From: Dehalococcoidia bacterium
Lineage (GTDB): Bacteria; Chloroflexota; Dehalococcoidia; Plut-88900
NCBI GenBank assembly: GCA_963668115.1
Contig: OY764147.1
Span: 2,317,761-2,381,760, forward strand
Length of the DNA stretch: 64,000 nucleotides
Direction: 5' to 3'
Below the pieces are notes generated by a model. It saw only the letters and a list, made by a program, of their open reading frames with translations, was not told where the DNA came from and searched no databases. Below, in pieces: positions 58,548 to 64,000 of this stretch. The translations under genes were made by a program, and so were the position numbers. Each line of letters starts with the position of its first letter. Within the stretch, counting starts at the first letter, position 1.

Positions 58548-59774
58548 ATGATGCGTCTACTCTCCAGGCCCACCGACTCCCCAACCTACGGCTGGGTGGT
58601 CATCGGCACCTTCATCATTAACTACTCCCTGGTGGATATAGCGGCCCTGACTATAGGGCTGCTTCTGCCCTCCATATCACGGGAGATGGGCCTGAGCGGT
58701 ACACAGCAGGGGCTGCTCTCCTCCGCCGTGGTGGTGGGCAACCTGGTCTTTGAAATCCCCGCAAACGCTTGGCTCTCCCGATACCGGCCCTGGCGCATCG
58801 CAAGTGTTGCCTTTATCGCCTCCGCCCTGCTTACCCTTCTCAACGGCTGGTCGCCCAACTTCGTCATCTTCCTGGTCATGCGTCTGCTTCTCGGGTTTGC
58901 CTACGTGGTCTGCAAGGTACCTCGGACCCTCGTCCTCCTGCAATGGGTCTCCCGACGCCGCATTCCCCTGGCCAATGGGATCATCTTCAGTGTCATCGAC
59001 AGCATGAGCGGGATAGGCTTCATGGTGATCCCAGTCGTCCTCGGTTTGCTGGACGACTGGAGGCTCACCCTCTACGCCTGGGCGGCGGTGATATTCGGTG
59101 CGGCCGTGGTCTGGCTGGTCGTGGGGAAGGACCGCTACACCCCCGAGTACAGCGCCGGCATCCAGTCCCAGGTCGGGACTCCGTTGAGGGCGATCTTCAA
59201 GTACAGGGAGCCCTGGATAATGGGGTTCGGCACCGGAGGCGCCATAGCAGCTCGTATCGGTTTCATGACCTTCTGGCCCACCTTCACCCTTGACGCCTTC
59301 GACGTGACCCTGACATTCAGCGGCATCGTAATTGGCATGGTCTCCATCGCCAGCACCCCCGGCAAGCTGGCCGTCTCCATCATCCCCTCCCTGGTCAAAC
59401 ACCCGTCCATGGTGCTATTCGCCAGCGGACTCCTCACCTTTGGCTCCTTCGTGGGAATGCTGTACACCGACTCCGCTGCCCTACTCCTGCTCCTCGGCTT
59501 TGTGAACGGGATAGGGTTCTGCTACTTCCCCCTCATGGTGACCGAAATCTACGAACTTCCAGATATTCGACCTAGGGAGCTCACTGTGGCGGTATCCGTG
59601 ATGTTCACCCTGTTGTGGATCGGCGGTTTCCTTGGCCCCCTTATCGTCGGCATCATCGACGATGCTACTCAGGACCTGCAGTTCGCCCTCCTTGTCATCT
59701 CCTTCTGCAGCTTCAGCCTCAGCGTTGCGGCGCTTCTACTCTCGGCCTTCAGGAGGCGCACGCCAATTGACTAG
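58548..59774 (+). CDS. MFS transporter (paralogue 2 of 3)
   Basis: N-terminus MMRLLSRPTDSPTYGWVVIGTFIINYSLVDIAALTIGLLLP is highly similar to paralogue 3. Confidence 0.7.
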   Translation: MMRLLSRPTDSPTYGWVVIGTFIINYSLVDIAALTIGLLLPSISREMGLSGTQQGLLSSAVVVGNLVFEIPANAWLSRYRPWRIASVAFIASALLTLLNGWSPNFVIFLVMRLLLGFAYVVCKVPRTLVLLQWVSRRRIPLANGIIFSVIDSMSGIGFMVIPVVLGLLDDWRLTLYAWAAVIFGAAVVWLVVGKDRYTPEYSAGIQSQVGTPLRAIFKYREPWIMGFGTGGAIAARIGFMTFWPTFTLDAFDVTLTFSGIVIGMVSIASTPGKLAVSIIPSLVKHPSMVLFASGLLTFGSFVGMLYTDSAALLLLLGFVNGIGFCYFPLMVTEIYELPDIRPRELTVAVSVMFTLLWIGGFLGPLIVGIIDDATQDLQFALLVISFCSFSLSVAALLLSAFRRRTPID

Positions 59775-59870
59775 CACCCTCCTCCCACTCCAGAGCAGGG
59801 AACATCCTGATCTTGATGGGCCGATGCTCCCCCAACCCCGCCTTCACTGCTGTATGAACTGCACCGGAAT

Positions 59871-61100
59871 TTGCCGATGATGCGCCTCATCCGTCGGCCC
59901 ACCGACTCCCCCACCTACGCCTGGGTCGTCGTAGGCACCTTTATTACGAACTATTCCCTCATCGACATCTCCGCCCTCACCATCGGCCTCCTCCTCCCCG
60001 ATATTCGTGATGAGATGGGCCTTACAGCCACCCAGCTTGGACTCATCTCCTCCGCAGTCATTTTCGGCAACCTCGCCTTCGAAATTCCCGCCAATTTATG
60101 GCTCTCCCGGTACAGGCCCTGGCGCGTTGCGAGTATCGCCTTTATCGCTTCCGCGCTCTTCACTGCGCTCAACGGCTGGGCTCCGACCTTCATCATCCTT
60201 CTCAGCACCCGGCTTCTTCTCGGCGTTGCCTACATAGTCTGCAAGGTTCCCAGGACCCTGGTCATACTGCAGTGGGTCCCGAGGCGGCGCATCCCCCTTG
60301 CCAACGGCCTGATCTTCAGTTTCATCGACAGTATGGGAGGCGTAGGATTCCTGCTCATCCCCGTAATTCTTGGCATTCTGGACAACTGGAGGCACACCCT
60401 CTTCGCATGGTCCGCCATCACCCTCTTGGCCACCTTGACCTGGCTGGTGCTGGGCAAGGACCGCTATACACCCGAGTTCCGCGCCGGAATGCAGTCCCAG
60501 GTCGGCTCTCCCATCAGGGCCTTGCTTATGTACAAAGAACCCTGGGTCCTCGGTTTCGGTATCAGCGGCGCCATAGCCGCCCGCTTCGGATTCAACTCCT
60601 TCTGGCCAATTTACGCCCGCGACGAATATCAACTCACCATCTTCCTGAGCGGGCTGGTCATTAGTATGATTTCGCTGGCCAGCACTCCAGGCAAAATTGC
60701 CGTTTCCGTGGTGCCTGCCCTCGTGAACCGACCCTCTCTGGTCCTCACCGTTTGCGGTGCAGCAATGTGGGCCACCTTTGCAGGGCTCCTGTTCACCGAC
60801 TCCCTCCTGTATCTTATCCTGCTTGGCTGCATAAACGGGCTCTCTTTCTGCTTCATACCACTGATGATGACCCAGCTATACGAACTCCCGGGCATCCGAC
60901 CCCGGGAGCTGACCGTTGCCGTTTCCGTCATGTTCACCATCCTTTGGGCGGGTGGATTCCTCGGCCCCCTCGTTGTGGGAATTATCGACGACGCCACTCA
61001 AGACCTCCGGCTGGCCTTGTTCGTAATCTCCTTCGGCAGCCTTGCCCTTGCCGTGTCGGGACTCCTTCTGCCCGCGCTGGGAAAGCGTACTCCCAATTGA
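59871..61100 (+). CDS. MFS transporter (paralogue 3 of 3)
   Basis: Collinear with 58548-59774 throughout. Confidence 0.7.
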   Translation: MPMMRLIRRPTDSPTYAWVVVGTFITNYSLIDISALTIGLLLPDIRDEMGLTATQLGLISSAVIFGNLAFEIPANLWLSRYRPWRVASIAFIASALFTALNGWAPTFIILLSTRLLLGVAYIVCKVPRTLVILQWVPRRRIPLANGLIFSFIDSMGGVGFLLIPVILGILDNWRHTLFAWSAITLLATLTWLVLGKDRYTPEFRAGMQSQVGSPIRALLMYKEPWVLGFGISGAIAARFGFNSFWPIYARDEYQLTIFLSGLVISMISLASTPGKIAVSVVPALVNRPSLVLTVCGAAMWATFAGLLFTDSLLYLILLGCINGLSFCFIPLMMTQLYELPGIRPRELTVAVSVMFTILWAGGFLGPLVVGIIDDATQDLRLALFVISFGSLALAVSGLLLPALGKRTPN

Positions 61101-61170
61101 CTTAGCTCCCTCCCCTCCATAGGATAAGCCGAGAATTTGGCCCCGACTCCCGGGGCACGGGGGGTGCTTA

Positions 61171-62118
61171 ATGTCCACGTCGGTTTCTCTTGGCAGCGGA
61201 GAGTTCACCTACGTTCCCCAGGAAGACTGGGCGCAGCTGCCCGACGGCTGGTCTTTCCACGAATGCGCCGACGTCGCGGTGGACGCTAACGACCGCGTCT
61301 ACGTCTTCAACCGCGGCGATCACCCGGTCATCATGTTCGAGGCGGACGGGACGTTTGTCGGGTCCTGGGGGGAGGGTGTCTTCACCACCGCCCACGGCAT
61401 CACCTACGCCCCCAACGACACCATGTATCTCGCCGACCAGAAGGACCACTCCGTCAGGCGGTGCACCCTGGATGGTCGTGTCGTCTCGACCATCGGACAA
61501 CCCCATCACCCCCCGACGCGCTGGAGCGGCTTGGCCTTCAACGAGCCGACCAAGGTCGCTGTCTCCCCCAGGAACGGAGACCTGTTCGTCTCCGACGGCT
61601 ACGGCAACTCCCGGGTACACAAGTACACCCCCGACGGTCGGTACCTCTTCTCATGGGGTGCCCCGGGCATCGATCCCGGAGAGTTCGTCATCCCCCACAC
61701 GATCCTCGTCGACAACAATGACAACGTAATTGTCGGGGACCGGGAGTGTAACCGGGTGCAGATATTCGACACCAACGGCAAGCTCCAGCACATCTGGCAG
61801 AACATCTGGAAGCCCGCAGGCATGGCCCTGGGCCCCGACGGCAACATCTACATCGCCGAGCTCTGCGGCGACACCTACTTCGCAGATGCCCCCAACGTCG
61901 GCAACCGGGTCAGCGTCTACAACGTGGACGGCAAGCTGCTGGCAAGGGCCGGAATGCCCACCCAGGGCGATGGCCCCGGCCAGTTCCTCGCCGCTCACGG
62001 CATCACCGTCGACTCCCGGGGAGACATCTACGTCGCCGAAGTGTCCTGGACCATGTACGCCAGGCACCAGGGGCACCCCAAAGAGATGCGGAGCCTGGTC
62101 AAGCTGGTAAGGCAGTGA
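61171..62118 (+). CDS. NHL-repeat (six-bladed beta-propeller) protein
   Basis: Repeated …DG.L.VSD..N.RV..Y/F… blades (DLFVSDGYGNSRVHKYTPDG; NVIVGDRECNRVQIFDTNG; DIYVAEVS). Confidence 0.65.
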   Translation: MSTSVSLGSGEFTYVPQEDWAQLPDGWSFHECADVAVDANDRVYVFNRGDHPVIMFEADGTFVGSWGEGVFTTAHGITYAPNDTMYLADQKDHSVRRCTLDGRVVSTIGQPHHPPTRWSGLAFNEPTKVAVSPRNGDLFVSDGYGNSRVHKYTPDGRYLFSWGAPGIDPGEFVIPHTILVDNNDNVIVGDRECNRVQIFDTNGKLQHIWQNIWKPAGMALGPDGNIYIAELCGDTYFADAPNVGNRVSVYNVDGKLLARAGMPTQGDGPGQFLAAHGITVDSRGDIYVAEVSWTMYARHQGHPKEMRSLVKLVRQ

Positions 62119-62175
62119 CAAGCAGGCCGAAATGAACGCCCGCATACCCAAACATCGAAGGAAAGAGGGACCGAC

Positions 62176-62925
62176 TTGGGACTCGTAATCATCGCGGTCA
62201 TAGTCATCCTGCTCATCATGATCGTAATTGTGGCGAGGCGTCAGGCCGGTAGACCCGCTGTCCCCGGTTCCGGCAACGTCGTCTCCCAGATCAAGCCGCT
62301 GGAAGGCTTTGCCCGGGTCAACATCGGCAACGCCTTTCACGTCGAAATCAAGGAGTCCCCCCAGTTCAGCGTCTCCATCTCCGCCGACGACAACGTAATC
62401 GACCTGGTCGAAGCCGAGAAGGAGGGAGACACCCTGCGCATAGGCCTTGAGGCCGGTGACTACAGCGAGGTCACCCTTCGCGCTCGAATCACCATGCCAG
62501 AGCTTTTGGGCGTCATGCTCACGGGCGCCAGCCGAGCGACTCTTGAAGGTTTTTCTTCAGCCAACGACCTCAGTATCAGCCTGTCCGGCTCCAGTGTCCT
62601 TGAAGGCTACGTAGAAGCCCGGGAGGCCGACCTCCGCATAAACGGCGCCAGCAAGCTCACCCTCGCCGGTTCCGCCGACAACCTGTCGGTCAGGGCGTCG
62701 GGGGCCAGCGTCCTGACGCTGCAGCACTTCTCGGTTGATCGCTCTTCCGTAGTGCTCGACGGTGCAAGTCAAGCCACTGTAAATGTACGCAGGGACATCG
62801 AATACGCTCGCCTCACCGGTGCTTCCATTCTTCTATATGATGGAGAACCGGATTTAGGGGATATCCAGACTTTAGGCGCATCCAGGATCGAGTCCCGTCC
62901 CAGTGAGGAGATTCCCCACTCCTAG
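62176..62925 (+). CDS. DUF2807/'head GIN' beta-helix domain protein with an N-terminal TM anchor (TTG start)
   Basis: N-terminal hydrophobic helix, then repetitive β-strand units (…LSISLSGSSVLEGYVEA…LRINGASKLTLAGSADNLSVRASGASVLTL…). Confidence 0.5.
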   Translation: MGLVIIAVIVILLIMIVIVARRQAGRPAVPGSGNVVSQIKPLEGFARVNIGNAFHVEIKESPQFSVSISADDNVIDLVEAEKEGDTLRIGLEAGDYSEVTLRARITMPELLGVMLTGASRATLEGFSSANDLSISLSGSSVLEGYVEAREADLRINGASKLTLAGSADNLSVRASGASVLTLQHFSVDRSSVVLDGASQATVNVRRDIEYARLTGASILLYDGEPDLGDIQTLGASRIESRPSEEIPHS

Positions 62926-62941
62926 CCCCGACCCGACAGCC

Positions 62942-63175
62942 ATGCTCTACAGAAGCCGAACAAACCGCAGGATATGGGGCGTCGCCGGGGGTCTCGGCGA
63001 GCACTTCGGCACCGATCCCGCGATAGTCCGCACCATTTTCATCGTCTTCCTGTTCTTTGCTGGCTTCTCCGCCTTCCTCTACCTCTTCCTTGCCGTCATG
63101 ATGCCCCTCGCCCCCGAACCCACCCCCCAGCCCCCCGACCCCGAAGAAAGCGGACCCCAACCCGATGATGGGTAG
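62942..63175 (+). CDS. PspC-domain protein
   Basis: RRIWGVAGGLGEHFGTDPAIVRTIFIVF is the PspC domain signature. Followed by a TM helix and a Pro-rich tail. Confidence 0.7.
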   Translation: MLYRSRTNRRIWGVAGGLGEHFGTDPAIVRTIFIVFLFFAGFSAFLYLFLAVMMPLAPEPTPQPPDPEESGPQPDDG

Positions 63176-63187
63176 CCCGCGCTCCGC

Positions 63188-64000
63188 ATGTTCTCGCTAG
63201 CCCTTCCCGGCCCCGCCAGGGCCGTAGTCGATAGCCCAAACTACAAGTGGTGGGTCTACGCCGCGGTTGCCGTCGGGACTTATCCGACCGTTGTAGACCA
63301 GGCGGGAGTCGGCATCGCCCTTCCCAAGATATCCGAGGAGTTCGGCCTCGATATCCCGACCGTCCAGTGGATATACCTCGCCTACGTGCTGACCACCGCC
63401 ATCATGTTTATGCCCGTAGGCCGCCTCGCCGATATCATCGGGCGGAAGAAGGTCTTTCTGCTGGGGTGGGGCGTCAACTTCGTTGGGGCGGTGGTGGGGG
63501 GCACAGCGACGGAGTTCCCGGTAATCCTGGTGGGGAAGGTGATACAAGGCCTGGGCGTCGCCGGGATCCAGGGCAACGGCATGGCCATCATCTCCTCCAA
63601 CTTCCCGGACCGCGAGCGCGGCAAGTCCATCGGCCTGTACACGGCCGTAATAGGCTCGGGGCTGACTTCCGGCCCGACCATCGGGGGTGTTCTGGTGGAC
63701 TGGCTAAGCTGGAGGGCCGTCTTCTTTGCCAACCTACCCTTCGGTGTAGTTGCCCTCTTCCTGGCGCTCCTCGCCTTCAAGCCCATGGTTACCAGTACCG
63801 GGCCTGCGGCCGGATGGCGCACCTTCGATTGGGTCGGGGCGGGGCTGTCCGCCGGCGCATTTGTTAGCTTCCTGATGGGGATGAGCAACGGCCACCGGTT
63901 CGGATGGGGCTCGGCGCCCATCTTGGCCAGCTTTGGGGCAGCCGCAGTCCTGTTTTCCCTCTTCATCGGATGGCAGCTCAGGACCCGCCACCCGATGCTC
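63188..64000 (+). CDS. MFS transporter, DHA2 (EmrB/QacA-like) family. 5' partial; runs off the window end; not in the supplied ORF track.
   Basis: Hand translation from the ATG at 63188 gives MFSLALPGP…VGRLADIIGRKKVFLLGWGVNFVGAVVGG…GKVIQGLGVAGIQGNGMAIISSNFPDRERGKSIGLY…. These are typical DHA2 motifs, open to the window end. Confidence 0.65.
   Translation, partial: MFSLALPGPARAVVDSPNYKWWVYAAVAVGTYPTVVDQAGVGIALPKISEEFGLDIPTVQWIYLAYVLTTAIMFMPVGRLADIIGRKKVFLLGWGVNFVGAVVGGTATEFPVILVGKVIQGLGVAGIQGNGMAIISSNFPDRERGKSIGLYTAVIGSGLTSGPTIGGVLVDWLSWRAVFFANLPFGVVALFLALLAFKPMVTSTGPAAGWRTFDWVGAGLSAGAFVSFLMGMSNGHRFGWGSAPILASFGAAAVLFSLFIGWQLRTRHPML

Overview
This 64-kb window is a GC-rich (about 60-65% GC) bacterial chromosomal segment, mostly housekeeping and catabolic genes, with several accessory or atypical insertions. 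Its gene content (several F420/LLM-type oxidoreductases, thiolase+DUF35 pairs, CotH-like and Pro/Thr-stalk lipoproteins, paralogue expansions, a 23S rRNA gene not linked to 16S/5S) is loosely suggestive of Chloroflexota, but that is only an impression.

Main annotatable content, left to right:
- An IS6-family insertion sequence at the left edge (about 5-2006) carrying two small membrane-protein passenger ORFs.
- A (phospho)glycolate salvage cluster: HAD phosphatase, class-V aminotransferase, glcF/glcE/glcD, an embedded homocysteine S-methyltransferase, and glycerate kinase.
- thyX, thiE, a NucS-like PD-(D/E)xK-domain protein, and tatD.
- Two adjacent selenoprotein candidates. A rhodanese/3-MST-type sulfurtransferase (13864-14721) and an Spx/ArsC-family protein (14741-15097) each carry an in-frame TGA exactly at the catalytic cysteine position.
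- CotH-like and solute-binding lipoproteins.
- A 5.3-kb block (two near-identical thiolase paralogues flanking a DUF35 gene; LON-N, EVE-like and moaA genes) bracketed by long imperfect inverted repeats of at least 230 bp that contain tandem TTCAATCAA motifs.
- About 1.4 kb of non-coding DNA containing a family of covarying hairpin repeats, which also flank an AT-richer lipoprotein gene.
- comEA-comEC, two LLM oxidoreductases, an HDAC-family gene, an MBL hydrolase, an MrfA/YprA-like helicase with DUF1998, DUF503, and two DMT transporters.
- A 23S rRNA gene with no 16S or 5S in the window and a consensus sigma70-like promoter.
- An initiator tRNA-Met preceded by three degenerate partial copies of its 5' half. 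It is followed by a terminator and a vapBC cassette bracketed by a 24-bp direct repeat of the tRNA 3' end, which looks like an integrated-element remnant.
- A marR gene, two methyltransferase paralogues, a second PIN/Phd toxin-antitoxin pair, a CoA-transferase/amidohydrolase/acyl-CoA carboxylase (biotin carboxylase + carboxyltransferase)/SDR cluster, three tandem MFS paralogues, an NHL-repeat protein, a DUF2807+PspC pair, and a partial DHA2 MFS gene at the right edge.

The strongest candidate for something new is the tandem selenoprotein pair (a Sec-rhodanese plus a Sec-Spx-like UxxC protein in an apparent operon). Everything here is read from the sequence alone; no database search or RNA folding was run.
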